64,000 bases of DNA from an uncultured Chlorobiaceae bacterium (GTDB lineage Bacteria > Bacteroidota > Ignavibacteria > UBA10030 > SZUA-254): contig CAZEJT010000003.1 of the NCBI GenBank assembly GCA_964512655.1, positions 183,719 to 247,718 of the forward strand, in the 5' to 3' direction. Shown here one piece after another: positions 30,704 through 41,827 of the stretch. Numbering within the stretch: position 1 is the stretch's first letter; each line of letters begins with the position of its first letter. The translations under genes were made by a program, and so were the position numbers. Below the pieces are notes generated by a model. It was given only the letters and a program-made list of their open reading frames with translations. It was not told where the DNA came from and searched no databases.

Positions 30704-30869
30704 CCGGAACGTCTTGATGTGGGTCTTGGCCGCAGGGCTGAGGAAGGGCTTTCTGCGTTTTTGTTCCTCTCGCCGCTTGGGCGATGGACGATTCCGCTGA
30801 CTCGTAGGACCTCCGTGGGCTGAAGGAGTAACTTACTTATTGGAACTTCCATTTTCAACAAAATTTCTC

Positions 30870-30898
30870 TTGACGTGAACTCCAAAACTTTGTATTAT
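30870..30898 (+). promoter_or_regulatory. Candidate sigma70-type promoter upstream of dnaA
   Basis: TTGACG, 17 nt, then TATTAT with a TG immediately 5' of the -10 (extended -10). Oriented toward dnaA. Confidence 0.4.
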
Positions 30899-30936
30899 AA
30901 CTCAAGGTTGGAGGCTTCAAGCTCCTGTCGACAACG

Positions 30937-30945
30937 TGTGGATAA
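30937..30945 (-). promoter_or_regulatory. Perfect consensus DnaA box (TTATCCACA, reverse orientation)
   Basis: tgtggataa is an exact match. A second near-box tgttgataa (one mismatch) lies at 31132-31140. Confidence 0.55.
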
Positions 30946-31198
30946 CTGTTAATGAGCATTCCTGCCTCGCTCTGCAGTTGCCCGCGGAGATCTCTCAACG
31001 AAGGATATTGCACCATTAAGTCCTGTAGAATCAAGCTCTCGGGGGCACTTTCGTCTTTCGTCGGCCGTATACTTTCCACCATACCCGTCGTATCGCGCAC
31101 CCTCCCCGCCGGGAGAATTTGTTCACATGATTGTTGATAAACTGTAGACAACGGTTCAAATCGTTGTAATCCATTTCGTCTTATGAGGTTACAAAGTA

Positions 31199-32698
31199 AT
31201 GCCCACAGATGCCCCTGCCCCGAACAACTCACCCGAACCGGACCCGATTACCGGGCGAGTTGATCAGTCACCTCTCCACGAGAAGACATGGAACCAATGC
31301 CTCAAACTCATTGAGGCACGGGTAAACAGCCAGAGCTACAATGCGTGGTTCAAGCCGATCATCCCCTTGCGGATGACCGACAGGAAATTGGTCATTCAGG
31401 TGCCCAGCCAGTTCTTTGCCGACTGGCTCGAAGAACATCACTACTCGCTCCTGAACGAAGCGCTTACTCAGGTCATCGGATCGGAAATTGGAATCGACTA
31501 TGAAATCGTCGCGGAGGAGCGGGATCTGCGCTCGGCGCTCCCTCCCGCGCCGGCGGCATCCCCTGAAGCTGCGGGCAATCTCTCTACCGAGCAGCAGGCG
31601 TATCGAACGCCCTCTGCCGGAACCTCTGCCGGACCTTCCGGCGACGAGGTGAGAAGGGCTCCGGCCGTGCCGTTTCTCAACCCTCGCTATACCTTTCAGA
31701 ATTACATCAAGGGTGAAAGCAATCAGTTTGCGTGCGCCGCCGCCCTCGCGGTAGCAAACACGCTCGGGGGAACCTCGTTCAACCCGCTCGTTATCTATGG
31801 CGGCGTGGGACTCGGGAAAACCCACCTGGTGCACGCGATCGGCAATCACGTGATGCAGACGGATAGAAACAAGAGGGTGCTGTACGTTTCGAGCGAGAAG
31901 TTCACGATCGATTTCGTCGAAGCGATTCAGAAGGACCGCATTGCAGAATTCTCCAACTACTACCGCCGCGTCGATCTACTCATCGTCGATGATATCCAGT
32001 TCTTTGCCGGCAAGGAGAAGACACAGGACACGTTCTTCCACACCTTCAACGAGATCCATGCTCTCGGCAAACAGATCGTCCTCTCCTGTGACAAACCGCC
32101 GAAAGAGCTGAAAGGCCTACATGAGCGCCTGATTTCCCGCTTTCAGTGCGGCCTGACCGCAGATGTCCAACCTCCCGATCTCGAGACTCGTATCGCCATC
32201 CTGCGGAAGAAGAGCGGCGATCAGGGGATCGACCTTCCTCTCCCGGTGGTCGAGTTCATTGCTTTGAACGTCACGTCTAACATCCGCGAACTGGAGGGGT
32301 GTCTGATCGGATTGATCGCCAGATCTTCTCTGGAGAAACGCTCCATCGATCTGGAGCTCGCGAAGGAAGTTGTTCGCTCCATTATCGGCGAGGTCCGAAC
32401 GCACATTACGGTGGAAGAAATCCAGCGAGTCGTCTGCGGCCATCTGGGAATTGCCGAAGACCTCATCCGGGCGAAGACCCGGAAGCAGGAGGTGGTGAAC
32501 GCCCGGCAAATCGCCATGTATCTCACGAAGGAGCTGACAAATTCATCCCTCAAGACAATCGGCACGCATTTCGGGGGACGTGATCACAGCACCGTCATCC
32601 ATGCATACCAAACCGTTGAGGACGGGATGACAAAGGATCCCAAACAGAAAAATCTTGTCCAGCAGCTGAGAGCAAAATTGGAGCTGAGCGTTGTGTAA
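31199..32698 (+). CDS. dnaA: Chromosomal replication initiator DnaA
   Basis: AAA+ Walker A GGVGLGKTHL, Walker B LLIVDDIQF, box VII, and C-terminal DNA-binding domain (…RQIAMYLTKELT…HFGGRDHSTVIHA). The Pro/Ala-rich domain II linker is variable. Confidence 0.95.
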   Translation: MPTDAPAPNNSPEPDPITGRVDQSPLHEKTWNQCLKLIEARVNSQSYNAWFKPIIPLRMTDRKLVIQVPSQFFADWLEEHHYSLLNEALTQVIGSEIGIDYEIVAEERDLRSALPPAPAASPEAAGNLSTEQQAYRTPSAGTSAGPSGDEVRRAPAVPFLNPRYTFQNYIKGESNQFACAAALAVANTLGGTSFNPLVIYGGVGLGKTHLVHAIGNHVMQTDRNKRVLYVSSEKFTIDFVEAIQKDRIAEFSNYYRRVDLLIVDDIQFFAGKEKTQDTFFHTFNEIHALGKQIVLSCDKPPKELKGLHERLISRFQCGLTADVQPPDLETRIAILRKKSGDQGIDLPLPVVEFIALNVTSNIRELEGCLIGLIARSSLEKRSIDLELAKEVVRSIIGEVRTHITVEEIQRVVCGHLGIAEDLIRAKTRKQEVVNARQIAMYLTKELTNSSLKTIGTHFGGRDHSTVIHAYQTVEDGMTKDPKQKNLVQQLRAKLELSVV

Positions 32699-32722
32699 CT
32701 TCGCGCCGGTGTTACGAGAGTA

Positions 32723-32758
32723 CAAGTGCCCGAGTGATATCGGGCACTTGCCGTTTTT
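32723..32758 (+). terminator. Rho-independent terminator downstream of dnaA
   Basis: 10-bp stem caagtgcccg / cgggcacttg with an 8-nt loop, followed by ccGTTTTTGG. Confidence 0.7.
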
Positions 32759-32759
32759 G

Positions 32760-33187
32760 GAGATGCATGTTGATAGGTCTGTGGAGTATGGGTGCATTGC
32801 TGTGAACCTGATGTGCACAGGATTCCACTCCTGAGCGAATCATAGCGTCGGTCTAGTATCTTGTGAACAGACTGCTCGTTGTTCCCAGCGGGTTCACAGG
32901 CCGAGAACAGCATCGGGGCCGGTAAGTGGTTTGAGCAAATTGAGTTCCGGAGATATACACCTGTTAACATCTCTTATAATTAGTAGTATTCCTTCTAAAC
33001 CACTTTACTATATAATAGCAGCATAAAGAAAGGATCGTACCACAGGGGGAAACAGCGGGTAAAATTTCCATAACCCATTGAATCTATATACAGTTATCAC
33101 GGTTCTATCATTGAATTTCATGCCCAAATTTCGTAAATTTAGAGGTCATCAGCGTGCCTCGGCACACCATCCAGGAGAGGGAAAGCA
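32760..33187. other. Candidate oriC / DNA-unwinding element in the dnaA–dnaN intergenic region
   Basis: 428-bp non-coding gap. A strongly AT-rich stretch (about 32940-33180; ttataattagtagtatt…tatataatagc…) against a ~60% GC background. Three TGTGAAC/GTTCACA motifs (32801, 32862, 32892) form an inverted pair, and a near-DnaA box tgttgatag lies at 32768. Confidence 0.5.
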
Positions 33188-34303
33188 ATGAAATTTTCAT
33201 CGTCCAGCGTTGAATTACAAAAGGTTCTTGGAAGTATCGGAGGCGTCATTCCAACCAGGTCGACGCTTCCTATTTTGGAGAATTTTCTCTTCGAAGTCTC
33301 TGACAACCGGCTCCACATCACGGCAACAGATCTCGACACTTCGATGTCTGTCGCGCTTCAGGTGAAAAACGGCGAGAACGGGACTCTCGCGGTGCCGGCA
33401 AAAAGGCTGCTGGAGACCGTCCGCTCTCTTCCCAATACCGACATCAATTTCTCTTCACAGGGAGAAAACAACAAGGTGCTGATGAAGACGAACAACGGTG
33501 AGTACCGGCTCACGGGTGAATCAAGCGAGAACTACCCGGCGGTCCCGAAGTTCAAGCCCGAAGCGGAGATGAAAATCGGGAGCGACATCCTCAGCCGGCT
33601 GATTACGAAGACATCGTTTGCCGTCAGCTCGGACGAGCTCCGGCCGGCCATGATGGGCGTGCTCATTCAGATCAAGAAGAATGAAATCAGGGCCGTGGCC
33701 ACAGACGGGCACCGGCTTGTGCGGCTGATCAATTCATCGTTCGAATCGACGATGGGGGACCGCGAGGTTGTTATTCCGGCCAAGGCGCTTAACCTCGTTT
33801 TGAAATCGGCCGACGAAGCGGAGAGCGGCGTGTCATTCAACGATAACCACGCGATGTTTTCGATGGGCTCGACGCGGCTCATCTCACGGATGATCGAAGA
33901 GAAGTTTCCAAACTACGAAAGCGTTATACCTCTCGAGAACGACAAAGAGATGCTGGTCGATAAGAACCAGCTTCTTGCGTCGGTTCGAAGGACAGCCCTG
34001 TACGCCAGCTCCGCCACACATCAGGTCCGGTTCTCCCTTCGCAAGGGTTCCGTGGCGATATCTGCGGAAGACATCGATTTCGGCAGCGAGGCGCGCGAGA
34101 CCCTGCCCTGCGATTATTCTGCCGAGCCGATGGAGATCGGGTTCAATTCCTCCTACATGATCGACATGCTCTCCCACATCGACACCGACCAGGTCCAGCT
34201 GATGTTCAGCTCGCCGACCAGGGCGAGCATTCTCAAGCCCGCCTCCCAGAGGGACGGGGAGAACCTGTTGATGCTCGTCATGCCAGTGAGGTTGAGTGAT
34301 TGA
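33188..34303 (+). CDS. dnaN: DNA polymerase III beta sliding clamp DnaN
   Basis: Three-domain ~370 aa protein. N-terminus MKFSSSSVELQKVLGSIGGVIPTRSTLPILENFLFEV, and a conserved C-terminal …MPVRL. Confidence 0.93.
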   Translation: MKFSSSSVELQKVLGSIGGVIPTRSTLPILENFLFEVSDNRLHITATDLDTSMSVALQVKNGENGTLAVPAKRLLETVRSLPNTDINFSSQGENNKVLMKTNNGEYRLTGESSENYPAVPKFKPEAEMKIGSDILSRLITKTSFAVSSDELRPAMMGVLIQIKKNEIRAVATDGHRLVRLINSSFESTMGDREVVIPAKALNLVLKSADEAESGVSFNDNHAMFSMGSTRLISRMIEEKFPNYESVIPLENDKEMLVDKNQLLASVRRTALYASSATHQVRFSLRKGSVAISAEDIDFGSEARETLPCDYSAEPMEIGFNSSYMIDMLSHIDTDQVQLMFSSPTRASILKPASQRDGENLLMLVMPVRLSD

Positions 34304-34313
34304 TCGCGCCTCG

Positions 34314-35458
34314 ATGCAGCTAGCGAATCTCAAGCTCCGGCACTTCAGAAACCACATCGATTCCTACATCCAGTTCGGCGGCGGTACAAACTTGCTGCTT
34401 GGCGACAACGGCGAGGGAAAGACGAACGTCCTGGAAGCGATCTCGTACCTCTGTCTCACGAAGAGCTTTCACACCTCGAGCGACGCTCTCGCCCTGAACT
34501 TCGGCGCCGATCTTTTTGAGATCGAAGGGACCTTCCTCGGCTCCGCCGGCAGCGAGCATCACGTCCGCGTCGCCTATTCGAAATCCCCTGTCGAGAAGGC
34601 GGTTCTTGTCGATAAGCGGCGAGTCGAGCCCTTCACCGCGCTCATCGGCAGGTTTCCGATAGTGATTTTCTCCCCCGAGCACATGGCGATTGCCTCAGGA
34701 GCTCCCGCGGAGCGCCGCAAGTTCGTCGATCTGGTCATCTCGCAGTCAAGCAGCGTCTATCTGCAGGACCTGATCGCGTACCGGAAGGTGTTGAGGCAGC
34801 GCAACAAGATCCTGAGAGACGGAAAACTCCAGAGGACCGACTCCTCCGCCCTTCTTGCTCCCTGGGACGAGCAAATGGTTATCCTCGGCGCCGCATTGAT
34901 GAACAAGCGCAGGCAGTTCATCGCGGAGTTCGGGGACTTTGTCACAACCGCATATCACCATCTGATCGGCGCTGTGGAAGAGCCCTCGATCGAGTATCAG
35001 CCGATGATCCCCCTTGCAAAGCATCTGGATGACTCAGGCATCAGGGATCTCCTTCGCCGGGAGATCGAACAGGCGAGACCGGCCGAGATGAGAGCGGGGC
35101 TTACACTCGTGGGACCTCAGCGCGACGAGCTCGTGTTCAGAATTAATAGAAACGATGTGAGAAGCTTCGCGTCACAGGGGCAGCAGAAGACATTTCTGGT
35201 TGCGCTGAAGATTGCGGAGTTCTTCTATCTCAAAGACCGCGCCGGCGAGGCGCCCATTCTCCTGCTCGACGACATCTTCAGCGAGCTCGACGAGCACAGG
35301 GCGAACGAACTTTTGCAGTTTGTCGGGGGCTTGAGCCAAACATTCATCACCTCGACAAGCGTCCGGCTCTTTGAGAACGGCACCGTGTTCGCCGACTCGC
35401 AGAAACGCTTTCTCGTACGGAACGGGAACGTGAGCGAGTACCAGCTGGCGGGACTCGG

Positions 35459-35462
<4 letters not shown>
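34314..35462 (+). CDS. recF: DNA replication and repair protein RecF
   Basis: ATG at 34314 gives MQLANLKLRHFRN… Walker A GDNGEGKTNVLEAI, ABC signature, and a Walker B / D-loop LLLDDIFSELD. Confidence 0.92.
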
Positions 35463-37848
<2,386 letters not shown>

Positions 37849-37850
37849 GC

Positions 37851-38279
37851 TTGGATAACCAGCTGGCGTGGGCCGGCATATGTCTTCTACTGGCGGGATG
37901 CGGACGGGGCAGCGACGCCCCTCTCGAGGATCTTGGCCTGAAGGGATGGTCGGTAGACAGAATAAGCATCAGCAATCTTAGCAGCAAGAAAACGATTGAG
38001 CTCGACAACTACCGCGAAATGGCGTTCTTCCTCCGGCAGATAAGGCTTTGTTCGCCCCGCGGCGAAGAGAACGTCACGAGCGAATTCGATCTCAGGGTGT
38101 ACAGAAAGAAGCCCGGGGTCGATCTTTTTTCTGGTAAGGCAGGACCGCCGGAGCTTTTCGAGGATGACCTGCGCATGGGCAGAGAGTGCATAGGTCCCAT
38201 GGTCCCGGCTTCGGTGGTGGCAACACGGTGGTATTTTGAAAACGATTCACTCTATACGTTTATCAAGAGCAAGTTTTAG
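37851..38279 (+). CDS. Hypothetical lipoprotein inserted between gyrB and gyrA
   Basis: Signal with lipobox LLAGC; 142 aa; no recognisable motifs. Confidence 0.45.
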   Translation: MDNQLAWAGICLLLAGCGRGSDAPLEDLGLKGWSVDRISISNLSSKKTIELDNYREMAFFLRQIRLCSPRGEENVTSEFDLRVYRKKPGVDLFSGKAGPPELFEDDLRMGRECIGPMVPASVVATRWYFENDSLYTFIKSKF

Positions 38280-38323
38280 CATCTGACGAAGAATTCAAAG
38301 TGATCAGAACATCAGGGGAATGA

Positions 38324-40927
38324 GTGGCCGGGGTTAATGAAAAAGTAGTTCCAGTCGATATCGAAGAAGAAATGAAGGGCTCGTACATCGATTATGCGAT
38401 GAGCGTAATCGTTGCGCGGGCGCTCCCCGATGTGCGCGACGGATTGAAGCCGGTTCACCGGCGCGTTCTTTTTGGCATGCAGGAGCTGGGCCTCGCAAGC
38501 AACAGGGCCTATAAGAAGGCCGCCCGCATCGTGGGCGAGGTTTTGGGAAAATATCACCCCCACGGCGACACGGCGGTCTACGACACGATGGTAAGAATGG
38601 CACAGCCATTCTCGCTCCGCTACCCGCTGGTCGACGGGCAGGGGAATTTCGGTTCGGTCGACGGCGATGCGCCCGCGGCGATGCGTTACACCGAGGCGCG
38701 CCTCTCGAGAATCGCCGAAGAAATGCTCCGGGATCTCGAGAAGAACACGGTCGACTTTGTCCCGAATTTCGACGATTCGCTCAAGGAACCGACAGTCCTT
38801 CCCGCCCTGATCCCGAACCTCCTGGTGAACGGGACCTCGGGCATTGCCGTCGGCATGACTACGAACGTCCCCCCGCACAACCTCACCGAAGTTGTCGACG
38901 GATGCGTTGCCGTGATCGACAATCCCGATCTTCCGGATGAAAAGCTGTTAAAGATCGTGAAAGCGCCCGATTTTCCCACCGGCGGAATAATCTACGGGTA
39001 CCAGGGAGTCAAGGAGGCGTACAAGACCGGGCGGGGGAGAATCATTGTTCGCGCCAAGGCCTCCATCGAGACCGGGCGCGCCGACCGCCAGTCGATCGTT
39101 GTAACCGAGATTCCCTATCAAGTCAATAAGTCGAGCCTCATCGAGAAGATCGCCGACCTGGCTCGCGAGAAGAAGATCGACGACATCTCCGACATCCGCG
39201 ACGAGTCTGATCGTGACGGACTCCGGGTGGTCATCGAGCTCAAGCGCGACGCCAATGCGCCCGTTGTGCTCAACAACCTCTACAAGCACACGCAGATGCA
39301 GACGACCTACGGGGTCATCATGCTCGCTCTTGTGGACGGCAGGCCGGCGCTGCTCAAACTCAGGGAGATCATCGATCATTTCATCAAGCACCGCAATACG
39401 ATCATCGTCCGGCGGGCGAAGTACGAACTGAGCGAAGCCGAGAAACGGGCCCACATTCTCGAGGGATACATCATCGCCCTCGACAATATCGATGAGATCA
39501 TCAAGCTCATTAAGAAATCGAAGGATGTGCCGGCGGCCCAGGAAGGGCTGATGAAGCGGTTCAAGTTATCGGAGATCCAGGCGAAAGCGATCCTCGACAT
39601 GCGCCTGCAGAAACTCACGGGGCTCGAGCGGAAGAAGGTCGAAGACGAGTACAAAGAAACGATCAAGCTGATCGAGCGGCTCAAGGCGATCCTGGCCAGC
39701 AAGAAGCTCCAGATGCAAATGATCAAGGAAGAGCTCCTCGAGATCAGGAAGAAATACGGCGACGAGCGGCGCACGGAAATCGTTTACAAGGCCGAGGAAT
39801 TCAGCGTCGAGGACATGATTGCCGAGGAGAACGTGGTCATCACCATCAGCCACGGCGGCTTCATCAAGCGGTTCCCGGTCTCCGGGTACAGGAGACAGGG
39901 CCGCGGAGGAAGAGGGGTGACTGGCGCGACGACGAAGGAAGACGATTTCATCGAACACCTCTTCATCGCCTCCACGCACAATTATATCCTCTTCTTCACG
40001 GATAAGGGCCGATGCTACTGGCTGAAGGTGCACGAGATTCCCGAGGCAGGGCGCGCCTCGCGCGGGAAGTCGATCGTCAATCTCGTTTCGAAGCAGAACG
40101 ACGAAACCATCGCGGCATTTGTCCCCGTGCAGGAATTCGACGACAAGCATTTCGTGGCGATGGTGACGGTACACGGAGTCATCAAGAAGACCGCGCTCTC
40201 CGAGTTCGGAAACGTTCGCCGGACCGGGATCGCGGCTATCAGCATGCGGAAGGATGACACCGTAAAGGACGTGAAACTGACCGACGGGACCGAGGACATC
40301 ATCATCGGCACTCACGATGGGATGGCGATCCGCTTCTCCGAGAAGGACGCGAGGCCGATGGGCCGGAGCGCATCCGGCGTACGCGCGGTCACTCTCAACA
40401 AGGGAGACAGGGTTGTCGGCGCGGTCGCCCTCAAGCGAAGGAAGACTTCAATTCTTGTCGTCGCTCAGAACGGATTCGGGAAACGCAGCGAGCTGGATGA
40501 GTACCCCATACGGCATCGCGGTGGAAAGGGCGTCATCACGCTACGCGTTACGGACAAGACAGGAAAGATGGTCGGGATCAAAGAGGTGCTCGATAACGAC
40601 GACATCGTCGTGATGACCGCCAAGGGCGTCATCATACGCCAGCCTGCAAGGGAGATCCGAATGGCCGGACGCATCACCCAGGGCGTCAGACTCATACGCC
40701 TCGAGTCGGGTGATCAGGTTGCAGATCTTGCTGCGGTTCCTACGGAGGAGGCGAAAGAGGAATCGGAGGGAGCTGCTCCGGCAGCGCCGCCAGCTGAGAC
40801 CAAATCAGCCGAACCGGTTGCCGAGAAACCCGCCGGAGCAAAGAAGAAAGCAACAGAACCGAAGGGAGTCAAAGCGGAGGCAAAACCAAAAGCGGGATCC
40901 AAGCGAGGCGGTAAGAAGAGCCGGTAG
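38324..40927 (+). CDS. gyrA: DNA gyrase subunit A
   Basis: Catalytic region …AMRYTEARL… with the active-site Tyr, and the QRDR-equivalent region [18 protein letters not shown]-terminal beta-pinwheel repeats and a Lys/Ala/Glu-rich acidic-basic tail. Confidence 0.95.
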   Translation: MAGVNEKVVPVDIEEEMKGSYIDYAMSVIVARALPDVRDGLKPVHRRVLFGMQELGLASNRAYKKAARIVGEVLGKYHPHGDTAVYDTMVRMAQPFSLRYPLVDGQGNFGSVDGDAPAAMRYTEARLSRIAEEMLRDLEKNTVDFVPNFDDSLKEPTVLPALIPNLLVNGTSGIAVGMTTNVPPHNLTEVVDGCVAVIDNPDLPDEKLLKIVKAPDFPTGGIIYGYQGVKEAYKTGRGRIIVRAKASIETGRADRQSIVVTEIPYQVNKSSLIEKIADLAREKKIDDISDIRDESDRDGLRVVIELKRDANAPVVLNNLYKHTQMQTTYGVIMLALVDGRPALLKLREIIDHFIKHRNTIIVRRAKYELSEAEKRAHILEGYIIALDNIDEIIKLIKKSKDVPAAQEGLMKRFKLSEIQAKAILDMRLQKLTGLERKKVEDEYKETIKLIERLKAILASKKLQMQMIKEELLEIRKKYGDERRTEIVYKAEEFSVEDMIAEENVVITISHGGFIKRFPVSGYRRQGRGGRGVTGATTKEDDFIEHLFIASTHNYILFFTDKGRCYWLKVHEIPEAGRASRGKSIVNLVSKQNDETIAAFVPVQEFDDKHFVAMVTVHGVIKKTALSEFGNVRRTGIAAISMRKDDTVKDVKLTDGTEDIIIGTHDGMAIRFSEKDARPMGRSASGVRAVTLNKGDRVVGAVALKRRKTSILVVAQNGFGKRSELDEYPIRHRGGKGVITLRVTDKTGKMVGIKEVLDNDDIVVMTAKGVIIRQPAREIRMAGRITQGVRLIRLESGDQVADLAAVPTEEAKEESEGAAPAAPPAETKSAEPVAEKPAGAKKKATEPKGVKAEAKPKAGSKRGGKKSR

Positions 40928-40933
40928 GCCCGG

Positions 40934-40963
40934 CTGGTGTCACGGTCCGGACCGTGACACCAG
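40934..40963. repeat. 30-bp perfect palindrome CTGGTGTCACGGTCC|GGACCGTGACACCAG (repeat copy 1)
   Basis: Immediately after the gyrA stop. A second copy (13-bp stem with 4-nt loop) lies at 59870-59899. Confidence 0.8.
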
Positions 40964-41023
40964 GTCGAAAAAGTCGAAACCGAGTCACAAGGGAGCAGGA
41001 AAGAAAGGCCGGTAGGCGAGATT

Positions 41024-41047
41024 GGTAGGCGCCGGCTTTAGCCGGCG
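41024..41047. repeat. GGTAGGCG-type GC-rich hairpin repeat (gcgccggc-ttta-gccggcg), copy 1
   Basis: ggtaggcgccggctttagccggcg is identical to 59993-60016. The ggtaggc core is repeated three times within 40921-41047. Confidence 0.75.
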
Positions 41048-41136
41048 TCCGCATTTCGAGAGTCATGCGCAATCGAAGAGTCACTTTGACAAGGTCTTTT
41101 GCAGTACATCGACTCTAACCGGGAAGGAGAACGGAA

Positions 41137-41712
41137 TTGACTGCAAAGATCAAAATGCTCTCACTTGTCCATTTGCCTCTGGTCTTATTTTGCAGCTTGT
41201 CTCTGTTTCTATTCACGACCTGCAACGATGGTACCTCACTTATGAACGGTCCTGGGAAACCGGACCCGGGAGATCAATTCGTAACATTTCCTGTTCTCAG
41301 GAATTACAGCTCGATTCCGAATCCCCTGGACCGGTGGAGAGCCTATCACCTAACCGACTATGTGATCGAGCAGGTGAGCGCAGGGGGGTGGGTGCCATCT
41401 GATACCGTTCGGATTTACGTCCTTGCTGGTCTGAAGGCTCTTGTCGTGCGAGAATCGGACAAGGACACGATGCCCCGAAACTACCCGTTTTACATGACGG
41501 CTGATGACTTGTTTTCTCGGGTGGAGGGGGTCGGCTCGCGCCTCCTGCCCGGCGATTCCCTTTTTGTCGAGTACGACTCCCGCTTCGGATATCCGTCTAA
41601 GATCTCCTTCTTTACCTCCCGCATCACAGACGCGGACATGAGTATATACACATGGAATATTAGACAGATCGTTAATCCGTACACACCGGCGCCCAACGCC
41701 CAAGGTGAGTAG
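41137..41712 (+). CDS. Hypothetical lipoprotein
   Basis: Signal/lipobox MLSLVHLPLVLFCSLSLFLFTTC; no recognisable motifs. Confidence 0.45.
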   Translation: MTAKIKMLSLVHLPLVLFCSLSLFLFTTCNDGTSLMNGPGKPDPGDQFVTFPVLRNYSSIPNPLDRWRAYHLTDYVIEQVSAGGWVPSDTVRIYVLAGLKALVVRESDKDTMPRNYPFYMTADDLFSRVEGVGSRLLPGDSLFVEYDSRFGYPSKISFFTSRITDADMSIYTWNIRQIVNPYTPAPNAQGE

Positions 41713-41804
41713 GCGTGACTATATCGCCCAGCACTTTTGCTTCGCACTCTGAATCGGTAGATTCTAAGCTTGCAAAAGGGGTGCGGTGTTTTGCAACATG
41801 GTAA

Positions 41805-41827
41805 CGCCCCCTAAAGGGGGCGCCTAC
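41805..41827. repeat. GGTAGGCG-family hairpin (cgccccc-taaa-gggggcg + CCTAC), copy 3, overlapping the TonB receptor stop
   Basis: Same architecture as the other two loci: a GC stem with a TAAA loop, with flanking gtaggcg (41708) … cgcctac (41821) outer complements. Confidence 0.6.

Noticed and set aside
30855-31232. 125-aa minus-strand ORF covering the dnaA upstream region
   Set aside because: Lies in the promoter/DnaA-box region, has no RBS or motif, and would overlap the dnaA start.
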